A DNA stretch of 64,000 nucleotides from a virus. The notes beneath the pieces were generated by a model that was not told the DNA's origin, ran no database searches, and saw nothing but the letters and a program-made list of their open reading frames with translations. The first letter of the stretch is position 1. Each line of letters opens with the position of its first letter. The stretch spans positions 64,001-128,000 of the IMG/VR virus record IMGVR_UViG_3300022745_000020, one strand, 5' to 3'. Positions 41,813 through 51,169 of this stretch are shown here, piece by piece. Both the position numbers and the translations under genes were made by a program.

Positions 41813-42544
41813 ATGTCCATACAATCACTCAAATGGATCCGAGATCCTGAACGTGTGAGGGCCACACGAGTCAGGCTCGAAGACGGCAGTGTCATCACCA
41901 AGACAGGATGCAAGATCATCTTGCCTGCCAGGTACGAGGAAAAGGGGCTGATCGTCATCGGCACAAACACCTCCATCGTGGGTCTGTTTGCCATGGTGCT
42001 CGACGATGGTGCTTATGCCGTCAGTATGATCAACGCCATGATCAACATCGATCCAGTCTCACACCGTAAAATCAAAATTGGTGTAGAAGACTACTATGAA
42101 TTCACCTTCAACAAAGGCGGTACTCTATATAAGAACACCACACTGGTGAAGTCTGCTAACGTGGTCTATCAGTTGTATGTGGAGTTGCTCAGTGGGGGAA
42201 AGATCCCTTTCTATCTGGGCTATGAGGACATGGCTAGACTCTTTGATACCGCTAAGAAACACGCTGGCAGTGTGGTGGGCACCAATAGAGAAGTCACTGA
42301 GTTGATCGTATCGCTGATGGCTAGGCGCAAAGATGACCTGACCAAATACTACCGAGAGGGGATTAAATCTCGCAGTGAACTGGTGAGTAACCCCCCTACA
42401 TTTGTGGCACTGAGAAACGTATCGTTTACTCCGAGCAACACCACCGATAGACTGGGTGGGTCGTATTTTGAAGTGGGTATGGTGGCTGCATTGAACAACC
42501 CCACTGAGAGACCTGAGCGCATCGAGACGATACTGCGTAGGTGA
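41813..42544 (+). CDS. Probable fifth virion RNAP subunit, beta' C-terminal part (phiKZ gp176/SPN3US gp244-like)
   Basis: 243 aa; GKIPFYLGYED...LFD.A.KHAG, NTT.RL.GSYF..G...AL; syntenic. Confidence 0.6.
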   Translation: MSIQSLKWIRDPERVRATRVRLEDGSVITKTGCKIILPARYEEKGLIVIGTNTSIVGLFAMVLDDGAYAVSMINAMINIDPVSHRKIKIGVEDYYEFTFNKGGTLYKNTTLVKSANVVYQLYVELLSGGKIPFYLGYEDMARLFDTAKKHAGSVVGTNREVTELIVSLMARRKDDLTKYYREGIKSRSELVSNPPTFVALRNVSFTPSNTTDRLGGSYFEVGMVAALNNPTERPERIETILRR

Positions 42545-42558
42545 CGATGTTGTGATAT

Positions 42559-42607
42559 ATACACTCCCTCTACTGGTGCACTGAATGCACCAGTAGAGGG
42601 AGTGTAT
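42559..42607. terminator. 22-bp inverted repeat
   Basis: atacactccctctactggtgca / tgcaccagtagagggagtgtat. Confidence 0.7.
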
Positions 42608-42618
42608 GTCTACTGCAT

Positions 42619-42648
42619 AAATTTATGACCCTATATTATCACATGGAG
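42619..42648 (+). promoter_or_regulatory. Phage early-type promoter, copy 2
   Basis: aaatt-tatg-accc-tatatta-tcacatg-gag. Confidence 0.65.
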
Positions 42649-42697
42649 TTCCCATTACTAAACACCCCCCTTCAACCTCACACAGGAGAATCTCATC

Positions 42698-43270
42698 ATG
42701 GCTTTCACTAAACTGTCCCCCTCACGCATCGCAGCACTTAACATCAAAGGCTTGACGTCTGATGTACCGATGGAGTGCCACGATGTCTGCAAGCTGATTG
42801 CGCACACCGAGCTTAACGCACTACTTTTTAGTGCGCTGCAATATCGCCCTTTGATGAAATCTGGAGTTCAGTTCCATAAGGAGATAGTGGAGCACATTCT
42901 CGGATTGGCTTTTAAAATCATCCACTCACCGGGGCTTTATGTCGATCAAGCTGTGATGAGTTACTCAAAACTCTTCTATGAGTCGGCTGTAGAGCTATCT
43001 TCTCGTAAAATCAACTTTGCTGAGTTTTACGAGATTATGAAAAAACTCAGTGTGATGTACATCGAGCAGCTTGGTGCAATGGAGGTGCAATATCTGGAGA
43101 TGTGCGGGTGTATCTACAGAGGTGCTGTCGACGTCGCGGCGCTTCAGGTGGATCAGTTCATTCGAGCCGCGATCGATCGTGCTCATGAAAACAAGGCAGC
43201 CATCAGCGCCATATCGGGCGAGATTGTGGTCTTTAAAGCTCAAGTGATCCAGTGGTTAGCCGATTGCTGA
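42698..43270 (+). CDS. Hypothetical early protein
   Basis: 190 aa, RBS caggag. Confidence 0.6.
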   Translation: MAFTKLSPSRIAALNIKGLTSDVPMECHDVCKLIAHTELNALLFSALQYRPLMKSGVQFHKEIVEHILGLAFKIIHSPGLYVDQAVMSYSKLFYESAVELSSRKINFAEFYEIMKKLSVMYIEQLGAMEVQYLEMCGCIYRGAVDVAALQVDQFIRAAIDRAHENKAAISAISGEIVVFKAQVIQWLADC

Positions 43271-43308
43271 ACGGATATACCCCATACACCAATCCACAGG
43301 AGACAGAG

Positions 43309-43890
43309 ATGTTTCTTATTCCCACATCGGTAGTGCATAACTACCTCTTCGATAACGGATACCATCACGAGCTATCGGAGTTAATTGCAAGGGCTAAGCT
43401 CAAGCCCGATACCCAAGTGCATCTCAGGGAGTTAAACAGATACCTCAGCACCGAGGTGATGTTGGAGTTGGCATCATTTATTCCTGAGTCCGATAAACTC
43501 TGGAATAAGTTCTTCCACGGACTTATCCAATATGTGACTCATACCGTGTTCGAGCTCAAGCACGATGAGTTCTGCGCCTGGTGGCTCGCCAGTATAACCA
43601 TGACTGAGTATGGCTCCACCTACTCAGCGGGTAAGTATTTATCTCAAGTGATCCCCCTGACAGAAGGGGAGATCAACCCTCACAATTACGCTCACATCTA
43701 CGAGCTTTTGAAATTGGAGCTGCTGCACTATAGCATAGTTCCAGGTCCTGTCAAAAAGATCGATCATCGACAGGACCTGGAAGTCCTCAGTGTGAAGATG
43801 TTCAAGAAGATCTTCAGGATCGATCGCACTCGATCGATCCTTCGGGTGATCCATCACAAGACGCTCACACTCACCATCGGCTCTATCTGA
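43309..43890 (+). CDS. Hypothetical early protein
   Basis: Start at ATG after caggag. Confidence 0.55.
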   Translation: MFLIPTSVVHNYLFDNGYHHELSELIARAKLKPDTQVHLRELNRYLSTEVMLELASFIPESDKLWNKFFHGLIQYVTHTVFELKHDEFCAWWLASITMTEYGSTYSAGKYLSQVIPLTEGEINPHNYAHIYELLKLELLHYSIVPGPVKKIDHRQDLEVLSVKMFKKIFRIDRTRSILRVIHHKTLTLTIGSI

Positions 43891-43926
43891 GCCTAACTCC
43901 CACAAACTGTGAAAAGGAACCCTACC

Positions 43927-44085
43927 ATGTCTGACATGACTAACTCTAACTCCTCACAATACGTCAATCTACTCCGCCAAGAGCTCATGCGAGCGCTGAA
44001 GAAAGCCGTGGATGCTCTGCCGTCCGATGAAGGTGCATCCGACGACTCCGACGCAGTCAGTGAAAAGGTGACTCGGGTATTCTAA
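43927..44085 (+). CDS. Small hypothetical protein (52 aa, not in ORF track)
   Basis: RBS aaagga; MSDMTNSNSSQYVNLLRQELMRALKKAV... Confidence 0.45.
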   Translation: MSDMTNSNSSQYVNLLRQELMRALKKAVDALPSDEGASDDSDAVSEKVTRVF

Positions 44086-44167
44086 ACGTCAGTCAGACCG
44101 AGGTAGGTACCTACAAATAAACAAGTACCTACTCGATAGCATAACGAACACACAGGAGAATGCAATC

Positions 44168-44410
44168 ATGAGTGAAGACCAAATCAAAGTCAACCACATC
44201 CGCAGGCTCTATGAGAATCGTCCTGCAGCGATGCAGCCCCTTCGTCTGGGGCAGTGGTTTGTCAACGGCATGACGATCTTCGATGATGCGAAATTGGCCA
44301 GCATCGTCGAGCCCGAACGTGCTCTAGCACACATCATCACCAAGGGCTACTACAAGCTCGATCTGAGCGCGCTGGAGCGGCTCAATAGCGGCCAAGTCAA
44401 GAAGTTCTAA
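44168..44410 (+). CDS. Hypothetical protein
   Basis: 80 aa, RBS caggag, LRLGQWFVN motif. Confidence 0.55.
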   Translation: MSEDQIKVNHIRRLYENRPAAMQPLRLGQWFVNGMTIFDDAKLASIVEPERALAHIITKGYYKLDLSALERLNSGQVKKF

Positions 44411-44416
44411 TACGTG

Positions 44417-44451
44417 TCTGATCGTACTCGAGCTACTCGAGTACGATCAGA
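44417..44451. terminator. 16-bp inverted repeat
   Basis: tctgatcgtactcgag-cta-ctcgagtacgatcaga. Confidence 0.55.
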
Positions 44452-44483
44452 TCGATCCAATTGGCACAAAAGGAGAATCCGGT

Positions 44484-45107
44484 ATGAATGAAGTAAACAA
44501 GATCACGTTGGGTCAGCTCACCTGCCAAGCTACTCATCTGGGCTACCCAGACCCAGTGAGTCTTGAGCAGATACTGCGAGAAAAAGGCACTCTCACCTTC
44601 TTGTGCTTACTCGATCGCATCGAGGTGGCCAATGCACGACGTTGCCTCTCGTACAGGTTCTTACAAGTGCTGCTGTTCATTTACGTGGACAGCGCCATCT
44701 GTCTGAGTAAAGGTGTAGCCAAGATCTATAACGAGTTGGGGATTAATCAACTCGAGATCGATGGGAATGACTACACCGCTCCAGTGTTTGGACAGCAGTA
44801 CCTCAAGACGCTGAGTGATCACTATTTGAGTGATCAATCCCCTTTGACCGTGTACGATAAAGCTCTGGTCAACGCTCTATCTCACTTCGATCACCCCTGG
44901 GTGATACACAGCTCCCTCACCACTCTAGGCGGAGTGAAGGGTCGTATCCTAGCTCAGAGCGGGTACATGCTCTGGCTAGGAGATGATGGTATGTTCTATG
45001 CAGGATGCAGAGGTCCTTGGACCAAAGAACAAGCACTAGCCCACTGGGGATCCCGTGAAGATGAACGTGCAGTCATCTTCACCAAAGCCATCAAAGAGCT
45101 GGAGTAA
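44484..45107 (+). CDS. Hypothetical protein
   Basis: 207 aa, RBS aggag; C-terminal FYAGCRGPWT.EQAL.HW motif seen in phage proteins. Confidence 0.6.
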   Translation: MNEVNKITLGQLTCQATHLGYPDPVSLEQILREKGTLTFLCLLDRIEVANARRCLSYRFLQVLLFIYVDSAICLSKGVAKIYNELGINQLEIDGNDYTAPVFGQQYLKTLSDHYLSDQSPLTVYDKALVNALSHFDHPWVIHSSLTTLGGVKGRILAQSGYMLWLGDDGMFYAGCRGPWTKEQALAHWGSREDERAVIFTKAIKELE

Positions 45108-45118
45108 GGTGTAAAGGA

Positions 45119-45173
45119 TAGATACAGTGGACTCCCCAGTCCACTGTATCTACTGATCTATTTTTTTATTTTT
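45119..45173 (+). terminator. Terminator
   Basis: 15-bp stem tagatacagtggact/agtccactgtatcta plus T-rich tract. Confidence 0.7.
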
Positions 45174-45193
45174 CTCCTTACTACGTAATGCAT

Positions 45194-45223
45194 TTTTCTA
45201 CAGTCGTATATTACTTAAGTGAG
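45194..45223 (+). promoter_or_regulatory. Phage early-type promoter, copy 3
   Basis: ttttc-taca-gtcg-tatatta-cttaagt-gag (contains TATATTAC). Confidence 0.65.
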
Positions 45224-45278
45224 AGGAATTTCCTCATCAACCAATCAACCCTATCTTTACTCTACACAGGAGTACATC

Positions 45279-45512
45279 ATGCAAGAATACGCAGATCTGA
45301 TCAAGTCCATCCAAGAAGCAACCGATGCCCACACGGCTCGTACAGGCATCGAGCAGCTGTACAAACTCTTTGATGACCCGGTGGCTATCGAGATGGCCAT
45401 CGAGGTTGGTATCGTGGAGAAGTCAGATAACGGTCGATATTGGAGTATCGATGTGGCGCTGCAGTATGCGACCAGTAAAACATCGTCTCTGACCTATCTG
45501 ATCCCCCAGTGA
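45279..45512 (+). CDS. Hypothetical protein
   Basis: RBS caggag; followed by a 13-bp hairpin at 45520-45549. Confidence 0.55.
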   Translation: MQEYADLIKSIQEATDAHTARTGIEQLYKLFDDPVAIEMAIEVGIVEKSDNGRYWSIDVALQYATSKTSSLTYLIPQ

Positions 45513-45579
45513 ATCCCCCACAGGTGAGGTGCTCTCGCACCTCACCTGTCTTATCCATCGCCTTGAAAGGGAATGAAAC

Positions 45580-45906
45580 ATGGCATCAGAAATCCGTAAG
45601 GTCTATGATGACATCTGCGCAGCATTGCGCATTGTTGCCCCGGCACTGCAACACTACATGGAACATAAGGGTCACTCATGCTCACTGATCCTGTATGTGG
45701 TGGCCAGTCATCTGCCACATACCCAGAAGTGTTTGAACGATTGCGTGGACCTAGCGACAGTGATGCTCAAAGTCCATGGATGTGAAGTGCTACAGCCCTG
45801 GAGAGGAAATCCTCAAAGCACTGAGAACTACTACGGGTATGAGGCAGTTTACCAAAACTGCGAAACGGGCGGTACATTTACTGTGCGCATCTCATCGCAC
45901 CTCTGA
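45580..45906 (+). CDS. Hypothetical protein
   Basis: 108 aa with RBS. Confidence 0.55.
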   Translation: MASEIRKVYDDICAALRIVAPALQHYMEHKGHSCSLILYVVASHLPHTQKCLNDCVDLATVMLKVHGCEVLQPWRGNPQSTENYYGYEAVYQNCETGGTFTVRISSHL

Positions 45907-45953
45907 CCCCCCTGCACACATAACGCGCTCACCAGCGCTAGGAGAATGACATC

Positions 45954-46193
45954 ATGACTTCACACCAAGAACAAATGGATGCATTGAGTGCTCGATTCAT
46001 TGAGTTGCAAAAGGAACTCTGCCGCGTTCGCCTGAATGCTTGCCGAGCTGAGTTGCGCAACCCTCAGATCAACCACGTCGTGCGCAAGGAAGCGGAGAGT
46101 CGCATCCAAGCAGCTGCACGCAGCCTGAACACAGGTTCCCCCTGTGTGAGCCTGATTGTGCAGATCGAGCATTTGCTCGATCTGGATGAGTGA
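45954..46193 (+). CDS. Hypothetical helical protein
   Basis: 79 aa, RBS aggag. Confidence 0.55.
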   Translation: MTSHQEQMDALSARFIELQKELCRVRLNACRAELRNPQINHVVRKEAESRIQAAARSLNTGSPCVSLIVQIEHLLDLDE

Positions 46194-46265
46194 TACCCAC
46201 CTCCATCATACGGGGGAGCCTAGACAACTCCCCCCTTTCATTTACTCTTTTTAGGAGAGAGCACC

Positions 46266-46565
46266 ATGATCGAATCGTTTCGTGACTTCGCCCCCACTGA
46301 GACCGCCGATGACCATCGGACTCTGAGTGAGATGAACAAACCGCTCAAGACCTTCTACGTGAAGGATTTGATCTGCGCGCGCGATAGCGTGCTGGCCAAC
46401 CCGTTCCTCGCCTACAATCACCTGAACATCGCCATGCTCAACATGCAAGTCTGTGCAGACATCACGCTGTGGAGTCGCACCAGTGAGATCCGTCACGATG
46501 TCTCTCGGGGTTTGCATCAGATGGCCCATCAAGCACTGGTCAATCTGTGTGATGAGTTGAGCTGA
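46266..46565 (+). CDS. Small helical protein, paralog family member 1
   Basis: 99 aa, RBS aggag; aligns with 46594, 47078 and 47512. Confidence 0.55.
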   Translation: MIESFRDFAPTETADDHRTLSEMNKPLKTFYVKDLICARDSVLANPFLAYNHLNIAMLNMQVCADITLWSRTSEIRHDVSRGLHQMAHQALVNLCDELS

Positions 46566-46593
46566 ACGTTATCTTATCTGAAGGAGTATCGCC

Positions 46594-46890
46594 ATGATCG
46601 ACCTGACTGTCATTTTGCGTCGCCTGTTCGACAGCGCCCCTGTGGCGACTCAGGTGCTCGCGCAGCCCACCTTGTACGAGCGCGCTCAGTCTCACGCTCG
46701 CAGTGCTCTGGAGCATATTCTCAGTAACAACTTGCCTCATGCGCAACGTGACATCTACATCAGCAATCAGTTGTTCAAGCTGGTTGACGATATAGATACA
46801 CTGTGTGTAATCGGTCAAGTCGAGCGGGATTTGATGATTGGTCTGCATCATCGAGCGGCTCACCGCTTGCAATCGATCGTACTCAATTGA
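46594..46890 (+). CDS. Small helical protein, paralog family member 2
   Basis: 98 aa, RBS aaggag. Confidence 0.55.
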   Translation: MIDLTVILRRLFDSAPVATQVLAQPTLYERAQSHARSALEHILSNNLPHAQRDIYISNQLFKLVDDIDTLCVIGQVERDLMIGLHHRAAHRLQSIVLN

Positions 46891-46911
46891 AACAACATAG
46901 ATACAGTAAAA

Positions 46912-46967
46912 TCTACACCATTGAGGATCATCTCCTCAGTGGTGTAGAGTCTTTTTTTTTCTTTTTT
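46912..46967 (+). terminator. Terminator
   Basis: 16-bp stem tctacaccattgagga/tcctcagtggtgtaga plus T run. Confidence 0.7.
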
Positions 46968-46981
46968 ACTACGAGTTCCAA

Positions 46982-47011
46982 AAATTTATGGTCATATATT
47001 ACTAATCTGAG
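46982..47011 (+). promoter_or_regulatory. Phage early-type promoter, copy 4
   Basis: aaatt-tatg-gtca-tatatta-ctaatct-gag (contains TATATTAC). Confidence 0.65.
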
Positions 47012-47077
47012 TAGGAAGTTGAATCTTCCTTCACCCAAGCAACCCAATCCTCAATCTTACTCTCACAGGAGTACACC

Positions 47078-47437
47078 ATGAACGCCATCACCACCTCTTG
47101 CACCACCCTGTTCGCCTCCACCACTGGCGAATCCATCACCCGCCGTGTCAATGGCAACTACTTCGTGCGCGTCGCCTACCATTTCCGACACGCCCTGATG
47201 TCCGAAACCCATGCCCAGCTGCAGGGTGCTTGGTGTGCGATCACCATGTGCGACCGCACCATCGCGATCAAGCGCCTGCGCAATGCTCGTGCCGCCGCCG
47301 CGCTGGCCGGCATGACCATTGATGTCAAGGCCATCGGCGACGCCATCGAGCTGCTCGACCAAGTCAAGATCACCGAGGCGACGAAGGAAGTTGAACGCAT
47401 CCACGCAGCTCTCGAGCTGCGCATGCGTATTCAATAA
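47078..47437 (+). CDS. Small helical protein, paralog family member 3
   Basis: 119 aa, RBS caggag, strong C-ending codon bias; followed by a 14-bp hairpin at 47442-47472. Confidence 0.6.
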   Translation: MNAITTSCTTLFASTTGESITRRVNGNYFVRVAYHFRHALMSETHAQLQGAWCAITMCDRTIAIKRLRNARAAAALAGMTIDVKAIGDAIELLDQVKITEATKEVERIHAALELRMRIQ

Positions 47438-47511
47438 GCTCGTAGAGGTAGGGTGCTTCACCCTACCTCTACAGGCTCGCCTCATCATTTTTTTAGCTTT
47501 AGGAGCAAGTC

Positions 47512-47877
47512 ATGGAATTCGTCACCAAGTTCTTCGCGCAGTTGTACAACCCCATCGGCCTGTTCTTCGCACGCCGTCAAGTGCACGCCATCCAAAAATA
47601 CCGTCAGGAGATTAATCGTCGAGTGGAGGATTCCCTAGTCGGGGCGACGCATGAACTGTACCTGGTTGAACGGGTGGTCATTTGCTTGGAGTGGGCCTTG
47701 GTCTATTTGAATCAATACAAATACGCCCAAGTCAACGATGAGCTTCATGTCTGCTACAAGACGTGCAAGTGCATCGACTGCCCCGAGTTGGGTGACTACA
47801 TCGACTTCCTGATGTGCAAGATGGCGTCTGAGCAGTACGATGTTGTCAAACAGAGACTGAATCTGTTGACGCAGTGA
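47512..47877 (+). CDS. Small helical protein, paralog family member 4
   Basis: 121 aa, RBS aggag; followed by a hairpin at 47887-47917 and a T run. Confidence 0.6.
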   Translation: MEFVTKFFAQLYNPIGLFFARRQVHAIQKYRQEINRRVEDSLVGATHELYLVERVVICLEWALVYLNQYKYAQVNDELHVCYKTCKCIDCPELGDYIDFLMCKMASEQYDVVKQRLNLLTQ

Positions 47878-47959
47878 TCGCGTCAGCTGCATGGGTGAGT
47901 ACATCTCACCCATGCAGTCCTACTCTTTCTTTTTTTTTCTTTTTTCACGAGTGTTGCAA

Positions 47960-47989
47960 TTTAATATGGGTACATATTATCCACTTGGA
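47960..47989 (+). promoter_or_regulatory. Phage early-type promoter, copy 5
   Basis: tttaa-tatg-ggta-catatta-tccactt-gga. Confidence 0.5.
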
Positions 47990-48031
47990 TACTGTTACGA
48001 GTATTTTTCAACTCACCCAAAGGGGATCAAC

Positions 48032-48412
48032 ATGAATGACATCGAACGAACCTGGAAGCAGTCAGTATTTCGCAAGAGCATGATCGGCATGGGCTTTTTC
48101 ATCACCCACTGTGATGCGCAATCCATCATCATCTCTACGGATGTCGAGCAAGATGCAAAAGGCCCAGTACCTGCACTGTCGGTGATGACTATTCTGAACT
48201 CCATCTACCGTCTACCCAACAGCTTCATCAAGAAGCTCGACATGATATTCCAGCCAAAGAGCGTGGTGATCTCGATAGAGTTCGAAGCTCAGGTGCAACT
48301 CTTCGATGAATACTTCGATGCTGCGCTGATGAAAGTGATCGAGGACTTTCGACACAGTCGAAGTGTACACGCAGTAGCTCATGAGCTGCACATGAACTAT
48401 CTGGAAAACTGA
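48032..48412 (+). CDS. Hypothetical protein
   Basis: Start after aagggg RBS. Confidence 0.55.
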   Translation: MNDIERTWKQSVFRKSMIGMGFFITHCDAQSIIISTDVEQDAKGPVPALSVMTILNSIYRLPNSFIKKLDMIFQPKSVVISIEFEAQVQLFDEYFDAALMKVIEDFRHSRSVHAVAHELHMNYLEN

Positions 48413-48465
48413 TACCGTGTCAGCCGCTCACAATAAGGCACTCCACACCTACATGGAAAACCACC

Positions 48466-48879
48466 ATGTTCACAAACGCTTACAATGCATTTAAGAAGAA
48501 GCTCGACGCCACTGACATCGGTGACTGGTTCACAGCCTCATCTGAGTATGAATTGCAACAGTTCTACATTCACCGACTGGACGCACTGATAAAAGCAGGT
48601 CGTGAATGTGGTTACTGTATCTTACCTCATGGATCGCTATGCCGAGATTTGGATCTGGTTGCGCTACCTTGGGTGGAAGATGCGGTAGATAAAGATGAAT
48701 TGTACTACCGTTTGGCGTTAGCTGCCAGTCCGGGTGTCCCCCGAAAGAAATATGCGGTATGGGAAGTCAAACCCCATGGACGCAGAGCCTGCTCTGTCCC
48801 CATATGCATGATCGACTACTCCGATACCAGAGATGGAGTCGGGCATATCGATCTGAGTGTCATGGTGCAGGAGGTGTGA
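48466..48879 (+). CDS. Minimal nucleotidyltransferase-like phage protein
   Basis: HGS..RDLDL.A.PW, KPHGR and IDLSV motifs (pol-beta-like GS...DxD...D). Confidence 0.45.
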   Translation: MFTNAYNAFKKKLDATDIGDWFTASSEYELQQFYIHRLDALIKAGRECGYCILPHGSLCRDLDLVALPWVEDAVDKDELYYRLALAASPGVPRKKYAVWEVKPHGRRACSVPICMIDYSDTRDGVGHIDLSVMVQEV

Positions 48880-48885
48880 CCTATC

Positions 48886-49323
48886 ATGGACGAGTTATCT
48901 CTTATCCGCAAATCTCTTCTCCACTGCCAAGCTGTTGCGCGCAGCGTACTGCCGGTGGTGGAGACTGTTTTGTATAGAGGCAGCACTGTACATATAGGCG
49001 CTCAGGTGATCTTGGATCATCGACTCTGCATGCCTGGATGGATAATGGGCAACGTGTGTACATCCATCTTGAATGGAGATGAGCAGACCGCAGATAGTCG
49101 AGTGGCTATCACTTATGTGAATGAAAAACCAGTGAGTGCCTGTCTGGCATTTTGCAGACCTGACGAAAAGGATCCAGAAGTCCATACGTTCACCAAGTGG
49201 GCATACCGCAGATGCGGGTATGGTACACTGGCAGTGGTGGCCACTGGAGTGCAAGACTTCGACTACCGCATAGGTCGAAGTGAAGAGGAAACTGTAGGCT
49301 TTTACGAGAGCCTGTCCAACTGA
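48886..49323 (+). CDS. GNAT-like acetyltransferase
   Basis: HTFT...YRRCGYGT acetyl-CoA motif A; C-terminal GFYE. Confidence 0.5.
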   Translation: MDELSLIRKSLLHCQAVARSVLPVVETVLYRGSTVHIGAQVILDHRLCMPGWIMGNVCTSILNGDEQTADSRVAITYVNEKPVSACLAFCRPDEKDPEVHTFTKWAYRRCGYGTLAVVATGVQDFDYRIGRSEEETVGFYESLSN

Positions 49324-49353
49324 CCCTAACAAGCGAAAAAGGAACCAAAGATC

Positions 49354-50682
49354 ATGACTACCCACACACTCGAACAAAAGATCATCGACACCATCGAAGG
49401 TGGAACGAAGATTGCTGTAGGACGAATCCAGTCGCTGTCCAAGACGTATAATGATAATCTGACTGTATACGAGCTGAATGTGCACCTTAGACTGCGAAAT
49501 GACATCACGATACCAGATTGGTGCACACGCATGACTTCGAGGATTTCCGTGCTACTGCACAATCATGGTTACTCCGAATACAGCGGACCACTGACATACG
49601 GCACAGCACCTACATTTGAACTAATGGCCATCGATCCGATCAATGGCGCTGGAGTGCATGTGATTGTGCGAGTCATGCATTCCGAACAGGCTGCAAAAGA
49701 CCACGTAAATGACAAAGATCTTAAGTCTCAGAAAAAGACCTGCTCCGGCCAATGTGGATCCTGCCAATGTAAGGATCCCTCGTCGCAAAGCTCCACTCCT
49801 GCTCAGCAAGTTCCCGAATGGCGCGGGATTCAAAGGTCGGATTTTCATTCCCATGAGCTGTCTATGATGAAAGCCAACTTTGCTACTGCGCGCACTTTAA
49901 TCACGGATAAGCAACCTGAGCTGAGGGCATTTTCCGACAATGTCATCTTGGATATCCTCAATGACAGCGGCATGCACCTGATCGAAGGTAACCGAGAGCT
50001 GGTTGCTGGTGTATTTGTACAAGCTGCTCGTAAGCTGATTGAAAGCTGTTACACCAAGTTCTCGTCAGTCAAACCGAATACCGACACCACCCCCACCACT
50101 GAAGAAAATCAAATGGTGCGAGTTTGCTCGGGTTGCCTGCGCACACAACAAGAAATGCTTACGGCTGGTGGGTGTGATAGTCAGCGATGTGGAAATATGG
50201 TCGATATGACCAGAGAGGCTCTGGAGTACAATAAGAAATCCAGGCGTGATCTTGATGACCGGTTGCGAGAGGCGGCTCAAAAGGCAGTCCAAGAGAAATC
50301 TGTGGACACGTCGAGTTCCAAAGATACGTCTCATGACAAGGATGGTGCTCAGAAGGAGACCATTAACATTTATCGTTTCACCATTCCTAGCGATGGTGGT
50401 CAGGTTCTCGCGGTGATCGGGGAGGCTGGCGGTGGTCAAGGTGCAGTTCCTCAGCCGACTGCGACTGATCGTCCCAGATTCGTGGCCAGTAGTTTTCACA
50501 AGATCCAAACCGATGGGGTGGTCGTGCCAGACTCCCTGATTCGAGAGATTCTCATGAAACACGGATACACGATCAAAGAAGGTCAAACGGATCTGAAACC
50601 GTGCGTTTATGAAGGTGCGAGGGAGTTGATCGGACTGGTTTTGGAACAATGCGGATTGAAGTTGAATAAGATCCGTAACTAA
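49354..50682 (+). CDS. Mosaic hypothetical protein
   Basis: 442 aa; two Cys clusters; C-terminal HGYTIKEGQTDLKP.VY..AR.L module common in phage proteins. Confidence 0.55.
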   Translation: MTTHTLEQKIIDTIEGGTKIAVGRIQSLSKTYNDNLTVYELNVHLRLRNDITIPDWCTRMTSRISVLLHNHGYSEYSGPLTYGTAPTFELMAIDPINGAGVHVIVRVMHSEQAAKDHVNDKDLKSQKKTCSGQCGSCQCKDPSSQSSTPAQQVPEWRGIQRSDFHSHELSMMKANFATARTLITDKQPELRAFSDNVILDILNDSGMHLIEGNRELVAGVFVQAARKLIESCYTKFSSVKPNTDTTPTTEENQMVRVCSGCLRTQQEMLTAGGCDSQRCGNMVDMTREALEYNKKSRRDLDDRLREAAQKAVQEKSVDTSSSKDTSHDKDGAQKETINIYRFTIPSDGGQVLAVIGEAGGGQGAVPQPTATDRPRFVASSFHKIQTDGVVVPDSLIREILMKHGYTIKEGQTDLKPCVYEGARELIGLVLEQCGLKLNKIRN

Positions 50683-50689
50683 AGTGTCA

Positions 50690-50742
50690 CACATAGACCC
50701 CAGTGCATCGTCGCACTGGGGTCTATGTGCATCTATCTTTTT
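50690..50742 (+). terminator. Terminator
   Basis: 17-bp stem cacatagaccccagtgc/gcactggggtctatgtg plus T run. Confidence 0.7.
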
Positions 50743-50764
50743 CTCCCCACCCTCACGATTGCAA

Positions 50765-50794
50765 AATACTACAATCGCACATCATAAATTAGAG
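50765..50794 (+). promoter_or_regulatory. Phage early-type promoter, copy 6 (degenerate)
   Basis: aatac-taca-atcg-cacatca-taaatta-gag. Confidence 0.45.
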
Positions 50795-50890
50795 CCGCTG
50801 CATTCAACACTCTGTCGACTAGAGATTAATCGCGTCGCATAAAAGTGCAGATTTAGTTTATCAACGTACAAACCTACCGGAGAATCAAAC

Positions 50891-51142
50891 ATGACTACTA
50901 TTGAGAAAGAGATCACCTTCTTCCTGAGACAACGCGGTCTTTGGGAAGAGGAGGCCAAGATCGTCATCGAAGAGATGAAGAATAAGGGGTCTGCAGTCCC
51001 AACAGACTTGAAATGGGGATCAAATGTCGATGACTACCCCACTGGCGCGTTGCGCATCTTGAAGACGGCGGCCAAACGAGCTGCTCTGAATTACATCGAC
51101 CACAAAGCGCCGAAGCATTGGGCTCGCGGCAATTTCGAGTAA
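50891..51142 (+). CDS. Hypothetical phage protein
   Basis: 83 aa, RBS ggag. Confidence 0.6.
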   Translation: MTTIEKEITFFLRQRGLWEEEAKIVIEEMKNKGSAVPTDLKWGSNVDDYPTGALRILKTAAKRAALNYIDHKAPKHWARGNFE

Positions 51143-51169
51143 ATCATTCATCATGCAGGAACTTCCATC

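Noticed and set aside
17766-42544. Cellular rpoBC locus or prophage in a bacterial chromosome
   Set aside because: RNAP is split into highly divergent pieces among virion genes; no ribosomal-protein genes, housekeeping context, integrase or att site
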